A stretch of DNA of 64,000 nucleotides from Deltaproteobacteria bacterium GWB2_55_19 (GTDB lineage: Bacteria; Desulfobacterota; GWC2-55-46), in NCBI GenBank assembly GCA_001797465.1, contig MGPQ01000010.1, forward strand, positions 4,028-68,027. The letters are read 5' to 3'. Under the pieces are notes generated by a model. The model saw only the letters and a list, made by a program, of their open reading frames with translations. It was not told the origin of the DNA and did no database searches. The position numbers and the translations under genes were made by a program. Shown piece after piece: positions 28,696-38,688 of this stretch. Position 1 is the first letter of the stretch, and each line of letters begins with the position of its first letter.

Positions 28696-30048
28696 GTGAA
28701 AAAGAGGATCAAAGAAGAGACGGTTATATTCGTAAGCGTCTTCAAGTGGATCGTCCTCGCGACAGCCGTAGGCATCATTACAGGTGTCTCTACAACGGTA
28801 TTCGTAAGCGCCATTAACTTTGGCTCCCTCCTCGGACAAAAATACCATTACTACTACTTCCTCATGCCGCTCGGGCTACTCTTGAGCGCTGTCATTATCA
28901 AATATATCTTCCCTTCCGCCGCAGGCCACGGCGCTGACAAGGCGATAGAGGCGATACACAAGCGCTCTGGAAAGATAAAGCCGCTTGAAGTCCCTGTCGA
29001 GTTCATAAGGACCTTTCTTACACTCACCTTCGGGGGTTCAGCAGGTAAGGAAGGGCCGAGCGCGCAGATAGGCGCGGGGCTCGCCTCCATCCTTGCCGAC
29101 GCGCTCCGGTTCGAGGGCACGGACAGGAGAAAGCTCGTCATCTGCGGCATAAGCGGGGCGTTCGCATCGGTCTTCGGCACGCCGCTCGCCGGCGCGATAT
29201 TCGGCATGGAGGTCCTCTTTGTAGGCTCGATCCTCTACGATGTCCTCCTCCCGTCATTTGTCGCCGGGGTCATCAGCTACCAGGTCTCTTCCTGGCTCGG
29301 GCTTACGTATTTTTACAACCCGCTCACGTTCGTGCCCGTATTCAGCCAGGCCTTCTTTATAAAAGTCATCATCGCGGGCGTCTTCTTCGGGATAGTATCC
29401 TTGATATTCGTCGAGACGCTCAAACTCGGTAAAAGACTCTCCTCAGCCATAAAGGCCCCGCTTGAGCTGAAGGCCGTATTTGCAGGGGCGGTCATGGCCG
29501 CAATCACCTATGTCCTCGGGCGCGAGTACCTCGGTCTCGGCCTCGACGTGATCCAATCCGCGCTCGAAGGGGGCGAGGTCCCCTGGTACGCGTTCCTCAT
29601 GAAGTCGGCCTTTACAGGCGCAACCCTCGGCTTCGGCGGCCACGGCGGCATAGGCACTCCGATATTCTACGTCGGCGCGACAGCCGGCTCAACGCTCTCT
29701 AAAATCTTATCCGTTGACCCCTCAGTCCTCGCCGCCATAGGGTTCGTAAGCCTCCTTGCGGGCGCGGCGAATACGCCTATAGCCGCGAGCATCATGGCAG
29801 TAGAGCTCTTCGGGCCCGAGGTCGCTCCCTACGCGGCAATCGCCTCGGTCATAAGCTTCATAATCACTGGCCACAGGTCCGCATACCCTTCCCAGGTGCT
29901 CGCCATAAAAAAATCAGGCTCCATAAACATCGAGCTCGGGGCCGAGATCAAGGAGGCCGTCCCACAATACCAGCAAAGAGACGGAAGCCTCATCTCCTAC
30001 GCTCGCCTTATCTGGGAGCTTGCCAAAAGGATAAAGAGCAAAAGATAA
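28696..30048 (+). CDS. ClC family chloride channel/antiporter
   Basis: GHGAD, GSAGKEGP, FGTPLAGAIF, GGIGTP, AANTPIAA; many TM helices. Confidence 0.85.
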   Translation: MKKRIKEETVIFVSVFKWIVLATAVGIITGVSTTVFVSAINFGSLLGQKYHYYYFLMPLGLLLSAVIIKYIFPSAAGHGADKAIEAIHKRSGKIKPLEVPVEFIRTFLTLTFGGSAGKEGPSAQIGAGLASILADALRFEGTDRRKLVICGISGAFASVFGTPLAGAIFGMEVLFVGSILYDVLLPSFVAGVISYQVSSWLGLTYFYNPLTFVPVFSQAFFIKVIIAGVFFGIVSLIFVETLKLGKRLSSAIKAPLELKAVFAGAVMAAITYVLGREYLGLGLDVIQSALEGGEVPWYAFLMKSAFTGATLGFGGHGGIGTPIFYVGATAGSTLSKILSVDPSVLAAIGFVSLLAGAANTPIAASIMAVELFGPEVAPYAAIASVISFIITGHRSAYPSQVLAIKKSGSINIELGAEIKEAVPQYQQRDGSLISYARLIWELAKRIKSKR

Positions 30049-30199
30049 AATCAAATACAAGCGGGTTTTAAGCGATGCGCCTCCCCGTAGCAGGCTGTTG
30101 ATATCCAAAACCTCTGGGCTAAAAAGCCTTGAGAGCCTGCTCCGGGGAGTTAATGGGTGGCTGGGGGGTTCTAAAACCTCGGGGACAGCCTTGTTAAAA

Positions 30200-32011
30200 T
30201 CAGTCCCTGTTCTTCTGCTTCGGTCTCCTGCCTGCTTCCAGCACCTTTTTCCTGAGCCTTATGGACTGGGGCGTTACCTCGACGAGCTCGTCCTCTATTA
30301 TGAACTCGAGCGCCTGTTCGAGGTTCATGATGTTAGGCGGGAATAGGAACATCGTGTCATCAGACCCGGAGGCGCGCATGTTCGTGAGCTTCTTTTCCTT
30401 TACGGCGTTCACATCCATGTCGTTTTCCCTGGAGTTCTCCCCGATTATCATCCCTTCATAAACAGGGGTGTTCTCCTTCACATGGAGAGTGCCCCTGGGC
30501 TGGAGGTGGAATAGGGCGTATACGTTGGTGGTGCCGGTCCTGTCGGCGACGAGCGCGCCTGCCTGGCGCCTCGATATCGGCCCGCACCAGGGCTCGTACC
30601 CTTCGAAGAGGTGGTTAAGAAGGCCGGTGCCGCGGGTGTCGGTCAGGAACTGGGACCTGAAGCCTATGAGCCCCCTCGACGGTATGCGGAACTCGAGCCT
30701 GACCCTCCCGTGGCCGTTGTTCTGCATTTTCAGCATCTTGCCCTTCCTCATCCCGACCTGCTGGGTGACGACGCCTATGAAGTCCTCGGGGACGTCTATG
30801 ACGAGGAGCTCGACCGGCTCATGGAGCTTGCCGTCTATGGTCTTCGTGATCGTCTCTGGCATGGATACCGAGAGCTCGTAGCCCTCTCTCCTCATCATCT
30901 CTATCAAAATGGCGAGCTGGAGCTCGCCCCTGCCCATGACCTTGAACTGGTCCGCCTTCTCAAAATCCACCTTTATGGAGACGTTGTAGAGGAGCTCCTT
31001 CTCAAGGCGCTCCCTTAAGTTCCTGGAGGTGACGAACTTGCCCTCTTTTCCGGCAAAGGGCGAGGTGTTTGGAGAAAACACCATCGATATCGTCGGCTCG
31101 TCTACCTTTATCCTCGGGAGCTCCTTCGGGTTCTCGGCGTCGGTTATGGTGTCCCCGATGCCTATGCCTTCGAGGCCGGCGAGCGCGACTATGTCGCCGG
31201 CAAAGGCCTCCTTGGAGTCTGCCCTCTCAAGGCCCTGGAATACGTACTGGGCCGTAACCTTGGTCTTGATGACCTTGCCCTCGGCGTTGATGAAGGCGAC
31301 AGTGTCGCCGTAGTGTATGGTGCCTGAGAATATCCTCCCGATAGCGAGCCTGCCGACGTAGTCGCTATAATCTATGTTGGTGACGAGGATCTGCAATACC
31401 GCAGAGGGGTCTCCGACCGGAGTAGGTATGGTCTTTACGATGAGCTCGAAAAGGGGTTTTAGGTCCGGAGACTCGTTGCTGAGGTCAAGCGTGGCAGTCC
31501 CCTTCCTCGCGTTCGTGTAGACTATCGGGAAGTCGAGCTGGTCTTCGTGAGCGTCGAGGTCGATGAACAAGTCGTATATCTCGTTCAAGACCTCGCTTAT
31601 CCTCGCGTCCGGCCTGTCTATCTTGTTGATGACGATAAGCGGCGTGAGCTTTAGCTCAAGGGCCTTACGGAGCACGAACCTTGTCTGGGGCAGAGGGCCC
31701 TCGGAGGCGTCTACAAGGAGAAGCACCCCGTCGACCATCTTCAAGGTGCGCTCGACCTCTCCGCCGAAGTCCGCGTGGCCCGGGGTATCGACTATGTTAA
31801 TTTTCACCCCCGCGAACTCGACCGCGGTATTCTTGGCCATAATGGTGATGCCGCGCTCCCTTTCGAGGTCTATGTTGTCCATGACGCGGTCCACTACGCG
31901 CTCGTTGGTGCGGAAGATGCCCGCCTGCTTGAGCATCGCGTCGACGAGCGTCGTTTTTCCGTGGTCGACGTGGGCTATTATCGCGATATTCCTTATTTCC
32001 TTCGGGTTCAT
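30200..32011 (-). CDS. typA: Translational GTPase TypA/BipA
   Basis: [51 protein letters not shown]. Confidence 0.96.
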   Translation of the reverse strand: MNPKEIRNIAIIAHVDHGKTTLVDAMLKQAGIFRTNERVVDRVMDNIDLERERGITIMAKNTAVEFAGVKINIVDTPGHADFGGEVERTLKMVDGVLLLVDASEGPLPQTRFVLRKALELKLTPLIVINKIDRPDARISEVLNEIYDLFIDLDAHEDQLDFPIVYTNARKGTATLDLSNESPDLKPLFELIVKTIPTPVGDPSAVLQILVTNIDYSDYVGRLAIGRIFSGTIHYGDTVAFINAEGKVIKTKVTAQYVFQGLERADSKEAFAGDIVALAGLEGIGIGDTITDAENPKELPRIKVDEPTISMVFSPNTSPFAGKEGKFVTSRNLRERLEKELLYNVSIKVDFEKADQFKVMGRGELQLAILIEMMRREGYELSVSMPETITKTIDGKLHEPVELLVIDVPEDFIGVVTQQVGMRKGKMLKMQNNGHGRVRLEFRIPSRGLIGFRSQFLTDTRGTGLLNHLFEGYEPWCGPISRRQAGALVADRTGTTNVYALFHLQPRGTLHVKENTPVYEGMIIGENSRENDMDVNAVKEKKLTNMRASGSDDTMFLFPPNIMNLEQALEFIIEDELVEVTPQSIRLRKKVLEAGRRPKQKNRD

Positions 32012-32113
32012 ACTGAGCTCCTTGAGTTCTGTCCGTTTGAATGTAATCTACCATTTTACAATACTATTCAGGATATAGTAAAGGTTTTTATGCGTTAGCC
32101 CGGCCTGATAAAC

Positions 32114-32153
32114 AAAAAGGCCTGCGGAGCGAACCCCGCGGGCCTTTTTTTTT
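32114..32153. terminator. Hairpin terminator after the cytochrome c gene (A/T runs on both sides)
   Basis: AAAAAGGCCTGCGG...CCGCGGGCCTTTTT. Confidence 0.65.
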
Positions 32154-32175
32154 GAAAGAGATCCTTGTAACGGAC

Positions 32176-32637
32176 CTACTTCCTGAACTCCCCATGGCAC
32201 CTGACGCACCCGTCGAGGAGCTTTTTCGTTAGTGAAGCCATCATTTTCACATCGTCCCTTTCGGCGGCCCTGGCGAGCGCCTCAAGCTCACCGTGGAACT
32301 CTTTGTCAAACTTCTCGAACTCCCTCATCTTATGGGGGTTCCTGGGGAGTTTTACTTCCCCTGCGTGGAGCGCGTGCCGGGTCTTCTCCATCGAGCCGTG
32401 CAACGTCTCGATCGCCGAGAGCACCTTCTGGCCGTCGTTGACCGCGACACCCGAGACGATATCCCTGAAGGCCGCGTCCAGCGCCCTCATCTCGCCTATA
32501 AGCGCATTCGCCGAGATAGCCGCCACCTTTTCATTGCGCTTATGGCCGCCGTGATCAGGCTCAGCAGAGTAAGCCCTTGATGTCGAGAGGCATAATGCGA
32601 CTATAATGAGTACGGCGAATTTTAAAAGGTTTTTCAT
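32176..32637 (-). CDS. Periplasmic class II (c'-like) cytochrome c
   Basis: Signal peptide ending AYSA, helical body, C-terminal CVRCH. Confidence 0.8.
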   Translation of the reverse strand: MKNLLKFAVLIIVALCLSTSRAYSAEPDHGGHKRNEKVAAISANALIGEMRALDAAFRDIVSGVAVNDGQKVLSAIETLHGSMEKTRHALHAGEVKLPRNPHKMREFEKFDKEFHGELEALARAAERDDVKMMASLTKKLLDGCVRCHGEFRK

Positions 32638-32827
32638 CTCCCCCCCTCCTCCAGCACTTGCAATTTCTCAAGCCCATCATATACCGGTCATTATACGCAC
32701 AATCGGAATCGTTAAGCGCGTTATGGCTATGCCAAAGGCAACGAAGCGCTCCCCGCAGGTGAGGCGCAAAGGAAGATACGAGCGGGGCCTTTCGGCGCGT
32801 TGAGATTGAAAAGATATTACGGACGGT

Positions 32828-33037
32828 TCAACGGGCGGGCCCTGTCTCACAACAGCCCCGGACGCCGAACGCCTTGAGTATTTCCATCATCAGGCACCAG
32901 TTCGTGAAAAAGGACTGGATGAGGTTCAATCCGACGAACCCTGTAAAGAGGAGCCAGTACTCCGAGTGGTACCTTGATAAGATGAGAGAGGCGATTATGA
33001 ATACGCCCGCGATGAGCCTTAATGTTTTTTCAAGCAT
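32828..33037 (-). CDS. DUF2892 (YgaP-like) small membrane protein
   Basis: R.IAG, FVGLNLIQS.FTNWC signature; GGAGG RBS; follows arsR. Confidence 0.85.
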   Translation of the reverse strand: MLEKTLRLIAGVFIIASLILSRYHSEYWLLFTGFVGLNLIQSFFTNWCLMMEILKAFGVRGCCETGPAR

Positions 33038-33050
33038 TACGTCCTCCTGC

Positions 33051-33374
33051 CTACTTTTTGATGCGCCTGGCGAGTTTCTCGCCCTCCGCGAGCTGTTCCA
33101 TGAGAACGGCCTTCATGAGCGCGCACGCCTCGGTGATCTTCGGGTTGTTGATGCGGTAGTAGATGTTGACGCCGTCCCTGCGGGTGGCTACGACCTTCCG
33201 TTGCCTTAAGACCGCGAGGTGCTGGGAGACGTTCGCCTTGGTGATGCCGAGCCTGTCAACGAGGTCGCCGACCGAGAGCTCGCCTTCTTTAAGCGCGGCG
33301 ATGATCTCGAGCCTCTTGGGGTTCGCAAGCGTCTTGCATACCTCGGCTTGGAGTTCGAATATCTCCCTTTTCAT
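33051..33374 (-). CDS. Second ArsR/SmtB regulator (paralog of 1772-2104)
   Basis: AEVCKTLANPKRLEII, NVSQHLAVLR, RRDG.NIYY, EAC. Confidence 0.88.
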   Translation of the reverse strand: MKREIFELQAEVCKTLANPKRLEIIAALKEGELSVGDLVDRLGITKANVSQHLAVLRQRKVVATRRDGVNIYYRINNPKITEACALMKAVLMEQLAEGEKLARRIKK

Positions 33375-33409
33375 ATTTGCATTATTGCGAAATATTGAAA
33401 CAATGTCAA
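33372..33409 (-). promoter_or_regulatory. Leaderless promoter with imperfect inverted-repeat operator for arsR-DUF2892
   Basis: TTGACA-17 nt-AATAAT-6 nt-ATG; ATATTT(C)GCA-ATAA-TGCAAATAT spans the -10. Confidence 0.65.
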
Positions 33410-33513
33410 TGGGAAAGTTGGTGGTTAACGGCGGTTTGATAAGGTTTGGGGCGGGGCGAACCCTCTCCCCATGACAGGAGAGGGCATGGGAGAGGAGGGG
33501 CTTTTTTGATTTA

Positions 33514-33551
33514 AAACGACAGGCGGGACTCGTTAGTCCCGCCTGTCGTTT
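33514..33551. terminator. Hairpin terminator after the YprB-like gene
   Basis: AAACGACAGGCGGGACT-loop-AGTCCCGCCTGTCGTTT. Confidence 0.6.
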
Positions 33552-33582
33552 AATAGTGCCTGAAGAGGTTCGCTAAAAATTC

Positions 33583-34434
33583 CTACACGGCCCCGTGCGC
33601 CGAGAACCGCGCCTGGACAGAGAGTATCCGCTCGACCGTCTCAGCGTCGGCCTTGTACGGCTCGACCGGCCGCTCGGGGGCGGTAATCAGATGGGTTCCG
33701 GCGAAAGGGGTCGACTCTATCTTCATGTTGTAGGCCTTGACGAAGAGCGGCTCGAGGTTCACGACGTCCTTCGCATTGTAGGCAAGGAGCGTCTCCAGGG
33801 CCTTGCGGTCCTTGTTCCTTCTGAAGTCCCTCCAGAGGAGGACCGCCGAGTACCCGTCCACGCCCTTAAGGCCGCCCCTGTCGATGCCGAGGGCCAGCTC
33901 GGACCCCTTAAGGCCGCCCCTGAACCCAAGATCCCGCAGGATAAACCGGAGATCAATATGGGGGATGTGCGCGAGGCTTATCCCCATGTGCGTCTCTATG
34001 AAGGGGATGTCGAAGCACCTGCCGTTATACGTTACGATGAGCCCGAACGCCTCGATATCCCGCTTGAAGTCGGCAAGGTTCTCTCCGCGAACGTATGAGC
34101 GCACGCCGGACCCGTCATAGAGTGAAATGGCTGTTATGTAGCCGCGCTCTCCGACAAACCCGTTAGTCTCGATGTCTATGTAGGCGGCGTTGCCCCTGAA
34201 GTCCGGGAAGAGCCGCCAGTGCTCCCTCGGCGCGAGGCGGTCGATGAACCATGAAAGGTCCCTCGCCTCAAAACGCTCTAAGGAGGCTGTGACGTTCTCT
34301 CTTATGTGGCTCCTGGATAAGCAAGGCTCTTTTGCGTCGAGGCACGCCTCCCAGGAGAGTATCCCCTTTTCCCAGAACCTGCGCTCGGATTTAGGCCCCA
34401 CGCCGGGGATGTGGCAAAATGTGTTCTTAAGCAC
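33583..34434 (-). CDS. YprB-like RNase H-fold (DEDD) exonuclease
   Basis: YIDIET, TYNGRCFDIPF, HIDL, GGLK..E, YNAKDV; N-terminal HhH-like IPGVG. Confidence 0.8.
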   Translation of the reverse strand: MLKNTFCHIPGVGPKSERRFWEKGILSWEACLDAKEPCLSRSHIRENVTASLERFEARDLSWFIDRLAPREHWRLFPDFRGNAAYIDIETNGFVGERGYITAISLYDGSGVRSYVRGENLADFKRDIEAFGLIVTYNGRCFDIPFIETHMGISLAHIPHIDLRFILRDLGFRGGLKGSELALGIDRGGLKGVDGYSAVLLWRDFRRNKDRKALETLLAYNAKDVVNLEPLFVKAYNMKIESTPFAGTHLITAPERPVEPYKADAETVERILSVQARFSAHGAV

Positions 34435-34545
34435 TCTAAGACCCGCCCTTCCATATTCCGTGTTCTGGACATTCTATCATAAAAAACCGGATAAACATAC
34501 GATATAGTATATTGGCGGGGGAATCCAAAAAACGGGGGTCAGTCC

Positions 34546-35424
34546 ATGTTGCTTATAGCGCACGGGGGCGCCGGATCAAAGAGGCCCTCAATAACGGCCC
34601 TTAAGAAAATAAGGGAAGCGATAAAGTACGGGTACTCGATACTGGCAGGCAGGGGGAGCGCCCTTACAGCCGTCATCGAGACGATCGCCGTACTCGAAGA
34701 CTCGGGCCTTTTCAACGCCGGCATAGGGGCCAACCTGCAGTTAGACGGCGTCCGGAGGGTCGACGCCGCGGTAATGGAAGGGGGCCGGTGCGAAGCGGGC
34801 TCGGTAATAGGGCTCGAGGGCTACAAAAACCCCATAAGGGCCGCCGGCGTCGTGATGGAATCCCACCACAAGATACTGACGAACATCGGGGCAAGGGTGC
34901 TCTCTTCGGCGTACGGTCTCGATCTAATGCCCGAGCTCGACGACAAGTCGATCAAGAGGCTTAAAAGGCTCAAGGCCGGCGAGCACGAGCTTGTCGAAAT
35001 ATTCAAGAAACACTTCTCTACCGTCGGGGCTCTCGCCTTGGACAGGGATGGGGACCTCGCCGCGGGCTCGTCTACCGGGGGAGTGGCGCTCATGCTCCCC
35101 GGGAGGGTCGGGGACACGCCAATCATCGGCGCGGGCATCTACGCGGACAACGCCTCCGGAGCCGTCGCCTGCACCGGGAGGGGGGAGGACATCATAAGGG
35201 TGTGCCTCGCCAAGGAAGTCGCGATGAGGATGCGCGAGTCCGCCCCGGCCGCATCCGCGCGCGCGTCTTTAAGGAAGATACTCTCCATAGGCGGAGAGGC
35301 GGGGCTCATAGCAATAAAGAGGACCGGCGCATTTGCCATCATGCACACGACTGCGTACATGGCCTGCGGCTACGCTAACAAAAAAGAGGTCGTCGTGAAA
35401 GACGGGTTCACAAAAGTGAACTGA
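34546..35424 (+). CDS. Isoaspartyl peptidase/L-asparaginase (Ntn hydrolase)
   Basis: HGGAG, FNAG, DAAVM, TVGALALD, STGG, GRVGDTP, TGRGE. Confidence 0.88.
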   Translation: MLLIAHGGAGSKRPSITALKKIREAIKYGYSILAGRGSALTAVIETIAVLEDSGLFNAGIGANLQLDGVRRVDAAVMEGGRCEAGSVIGLEGYKNPIRAAGVVMESHHKILTNIGARVLSSAYGLDLMPELDDKSIKRLKRLKAGEHELVEIFKKHFSTVGALALDRDGDLAAGSSTGGVALMLPGRVGDTPIIGAGIYADNASGAVACTGRGEDIIRVCLAKEVAMRMRESAPAASARASLRKILSIGGEAGLIAIKRTGAFAIMHTTAYMACGYANKKEVVVKDGFTKVN

Positions 35425-35478
35425 GGGAAAACTCTCTGTTGGAGGGCTTATCTCAAGACAATGGCCTGGACACCCGCC

Positions 35479-35808
35479 TCACCTCTCCACGAGCATGAAC
35501 AGTAGCTCGGTTATTTTTGACACCTTTTCTATCGAATGCGCTTCGCCTGGCTCGACTACGAGGCACGAGCCCTTCCTCAGCAGGACCTCTTCCCCTTTGA
35601 CCCTGAATACGCACTCGCCCTTTACGCAGTAGAAGACCTCGAAGGCGTCGTCGTGCGAGTGCGTAAAAGCCGTGTCCCCCGGCCTGAATACCGCCTGGCT
35701 CAAATGCCTGACGCACGATACCGGCTCGTCCAGAAGCACCCGCTTAACAAGCGCCGGGTTGTGCCTTATGGGCAGAACTTTTGAGGTCTTAAGGTCTGAG
35801 CGCCTCAT
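35479..35808 (-). CDS. Cupin domain protein
   Basis: HSH....EVFY...G and EPGEAH cupin motifs; just downstream of the RCC1 gene. Confidence 0.75.
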   Translation of the reverse strand: MRRSDLKTSKVLPIRHNPALVKRVLLDEPVSCVRHLSQAVFRPGDTAFTHSHDDAFEVFYCVKGECVFRVKGEEVLLRKGSCLVVEPGEAHSIEKVSKITELLFMLVER

Positions 35809-35812
35809 TGAT

Positions 35813-37033
35813 TTACTCAACGCTCACGGGAGTAAGCGAGTCTATCCCGGACCCGTCGCCGAGCTGGCCGTATGAGTTCTCCCCCCAACACTTCACGCTC
35901 GCATCATTTATGCGCGCGCACGAGTGAAAGAGCCCTGCGTCCACGGACGTCGCGTTTGTAACGCCTGAGGCCGATACAGGCACTATCGTCGAGGTCGAGG
36001 AGGCGCCGATGCCCGGCGGGTCAAAGCCTATGGTCGTACCGTTGCCGAGCTGGCCGAAGGCGTTCTCGCCCCAGCAACGGACCCTCCCATCCGCGACTAT
36101 CGCGCAGGTATGGTCGCCGCCCGCGGCGACCGAAGCCGCGGTCGTTATCGAGGACGAGGCGGCTGTTACCGGGACCGTTGAGACCGTGATCTCAACGAGC
36201 GGGCTGAGCGATATGAGCGTCCAGGAGACTCCGAGCTGTCCTCCAGAGTTGTCCCCCCAGCACTCGACCGCGCCGTTTGAGACGACGGCGCAGGTGTGGT
36301 TCGCCCCGGCTGAGACCTGAGTGGCGCCCGTGAGGCCCTGGACCGCGACAGGCACGCTGGAGTTGATTATCGCCCCGTTCCCGAGCTGGCCAAAGGCGTT
36401 CCCGCCCCAGCAACGGGCCGTGCCGTCGCTTAAAAGCGCGCAGGTGTGGTTGCCCCCGGCCGAGACCGACGCCGCGTTCGTAATCGACGAGACCTGGACA
36501 GGGGTCGAGGAGTTCGCCGTCGTACCGTTCCCGAGCTGGCTGGATGAGTTTGACCCCCAGCACATGACCGCCCCGCTCTGCAACGCCACGCAGGTATGGT
36601 CGCCACCGGCCGATACGGATACCGCGCTCGTTATGCCTATGGGCGCAACCGGTCCCGTAGAACTTGAGTTCGACGCGTTCCCGAGCTGTCCGCTTGAGTT
36701 ATCCCCCCAGCAACGGAGCGTCCCGTCTGAAAGGCGCGCGCAGGTGTGCGCGCCGCCGCCCGTCATCTCGACGACGCTTGAGAGCCCCGCCACCTCCACC
36801 GGCACGAGAGATTGCAACGGGGTGGTGTTCCCGAGCTGTCCGATGTTGTTCCTGCCCCAGCATTCGGCAAGGCCGTCAGAAAGGGGCGCGCAGGAATGCG
36901 CGTCGCCGAGGGCTACGGAAACAGCTCTCGTCGATGTGCCGGTCACGATGTCCGTTTTTTCTATGTCGGCGCAGGCGGTAAACAGGGCCACTGCCGCCAA
37001 CGCTATGATTATCCACGCGAAAACAGTCCTCAT
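35813..37033 (-). CDS. RCC1/BLIP-II repeat beta-propeller lipoprotein
   Basis: Lipobox LFTAC; seven AG..HTCA...G...CWG.N..GQLG repeats. Confidence 0.85.
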   Translation of the reverse strand: MRTVFAWIIIALAAVALFTACADIEKTDIVTGTSTRAVSVALGDAHSCAPLSDGLAECWGRNNIGQLGNTTPLQSLVPVEVAGLSSVVEMTGGGAHTCARLSDGTLRCWGDNSSGQLGNASNSSSTGPVAPIGITSAVSVSAGGDHTCVALQSGAVMCWGSNSSSQLGNGTTANSSTPVQVSSITNAASVSAGGNHTCALLSDGTARCWGGNAFGQLGNGAIINSSVPVAVQGLTGATQVSAGANHTCAVVSNGAVECWGDNSGGQLGVSWTLISLSPLVEITVSTVPVTAASSSITTAASVAAGGDHTCAIVADGRVRCWGENAFGQLGNGTTIGFDPPGIGASSTSTIVPVSASGVTNATSVDAGLFHSCARINDASVKCWGENSYGQLGDGSGIDSLTPVSVE

Positions 37034-37220
37034 GCGCGCCTCCGGAAGCGTAAATATTGTAAAGTATCACTCTAAAAAAAGAGATTGTCAATAGACCCCG
37101 CTCCGATGCGGCCGCCTGATAAATGGCAGATAAGGCCGAGAGAGGGCCGGTTCCATTTGACATTTGGAGAGTGCTTCTGTTATCTTTGTAAGATTGAACC
37201 CTTAGGAGCGCCATCAAGGG

Positions 37221-38621
37221 ATGAGCAAGGGCAGGATTCTCGTAGTAGACGACGACGCATTCTTCAGGGTCCTCTGTGCCGACATACTCACGAGCGGGGG
37301 ATTTTTCGTCAAGACCGCGACCACCGGGGTCGAGGCGGTGAATATCGTCGAGACCGAGCCTGTGGATATCGTCATAACAGACCTCGTCATGCCGGACATC
37401 GACGGCATGGAGGTCCTGGAGCGCACCAAACAGCACAACACCCTCATAGACGTGATAGTCGTCACCGGCCACGGCTCCATAGAGACGGCCATCGCCGCCC
37501 TGAAGACCGGGGCCTTCGACTACATCAGAAAACCCCTCAACGAAGACGAACTCCTCCACACCGTAAACAGCTGCATGGAGAAGAAAAAACTCCTTGAAGA
37601 GAACCAGGAGATGAGACAATCGCTCAAACTCTTCGAGGTATCGAGGGCCGTCACCGCCACGCTCGACATAAGCAAGCTCTACAACGTAACGCTCGACGCG
37701 CTCCTTCAAATCGTCCCCGGCGAAGCGGGGATCATCTTCTTCTACGAGGAAGAGATGAAAAAACTCGAGATAAAGGCGATTCGCCACCTCGGGCTCAACT
37801 CGGGCGAGCGCGTCGTCGAGGCCTTCAAACACAGGTACGAAAAGGAGCTCAAAGACCTCTCCAACATAAGCGTCATCTCGAAGGCGGAGCTTAATAACGA
37901 CGAAGAGGCGCTCTCCGACTTCGACTCCTTCCTTATCGCTCCGCTTGTGAAGGGCCAGTCCAACATGGGCTTCATCCTCATACTCGGCAAGGGGGGGAAA
38001 GAGGTATACTCGCTCCGCGAGATAAAGAACGCGACATTCATAGTGGAGCACTCCGCCGGCGCCTTCGAGAACGCGCAAAAGTACGCCGAGGCCAAGGAGA
38101 TGGCCTTCATCGATTCCCTCACCAACCTGTACAACGCGAAGTACCTCGACAACGCGCTGGACAAGGAGCTCAAACGCGCGGACAGGCTCATGATGCCTGT
38201 AACCGTCCTCTTCCTCGACCTCGACAACTTCAAGCGCATAAACGACCAGAACGACCACCTCGTCGGAAGCAGGGTCCTCGTCGAGGTGGGGAAAATCCTC
38301 TTGAAATGCGTCCGCGAGGTCGATACCGTCATCCGGTACGGAGGAGACGAATACGTGGTAATACTCGTCGACGCCGACTACAACGTCGCCATGCGCGTCG
38401 CCGAAAGGATAAGGCTCACAATAGAGAAACACGGATTCATCGAGGAAGAAGGCCTTAACCTACATATAACCGCGTCCATCGGCATAGCCACCTACCCCAT
38501 CCATACAAAAGACAAAAAAGAACTCTTGAAGATCGCGGACAAGGCCATGTACCGCGCAAAAGACCTCTCAAGGAATGTCGTCTACCTCGCCCCGGTCCCG
38601 GGCGCGCCTGCCAAAAAGTAG
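37221..38621 (+). CDS. REC-GAF-like-GGDEF protein of the Hypr (GacA-like) 3',3'-cGAMP synthase class
   Basis: REC domain; NDQNDHLVGS with Ser replacing the canonical Asp of NDxxGHxxGD; REVD I-site; RYGGDEY. Confidence 0.8.
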   Translation: MSKGRILVVDDDAFFRVLCADILTSGGFFVKTATTGVEAVNIVETEPVDIVITDLVMPDIDGMEVLERTKQHNTLIDVIVVTGHGSIETAIAALKTGAFDYIRKPLNEDELLHTVNSCMEKKKLLEENQEMRQSLKLFEVSRAVTATLDISKLYNVTLDALLQIVPGEAGIIFFYEEEMKKLEIKAIRHLGLNSGERVVEAFKHRYEKELKDLSNISVISKAELNNDEEALSDFDSFLIAPLVKGQSNMGFILILGKGGKEVYSLREIKNATFIVEHSAGAFENAQKYAEAKEMAFIDSLTNLYNAKYLDNALDKELKRADRLMMPVTVLFLDLDNFKRINDQNDHLVGSRVLVEVGKILLKCVREVDTVIRYGGDEYVVILVDADYNVAMRVAERIRLTIEKHGFIEEEGLNLHITASIGIATYPIHTKDKKELLKIADKAMYRAKDLSRNVVYLAPVPGAPAKK

Positions 38622-38680
38622 CAGGATTGAAAGTACCCTGAGAGAAACTTTTTATAAATGGGGGGGACTTTCAGTACTGC
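38621..38680. repeat. Imperfect hairpin containing TGAGAGAAACTTTTTATAAA
   Basis: 20-mer at 38639-38658 is identical to the start of the 55369-55400 palindrome; flanked by TGAAAGT/ACTTTCA arms. Confidence 0.55.
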
Positions 38681-38688
38681 CGCTCCGG

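Noticed and set aside
36876-38432. 518-aa antisense ORF, and similar ones at 5340-6443 and 7611-8750
   Set aside because: Shadow ORFs opposite well-supported genes, expected from GC-rich codon bias; no recognisable motifs
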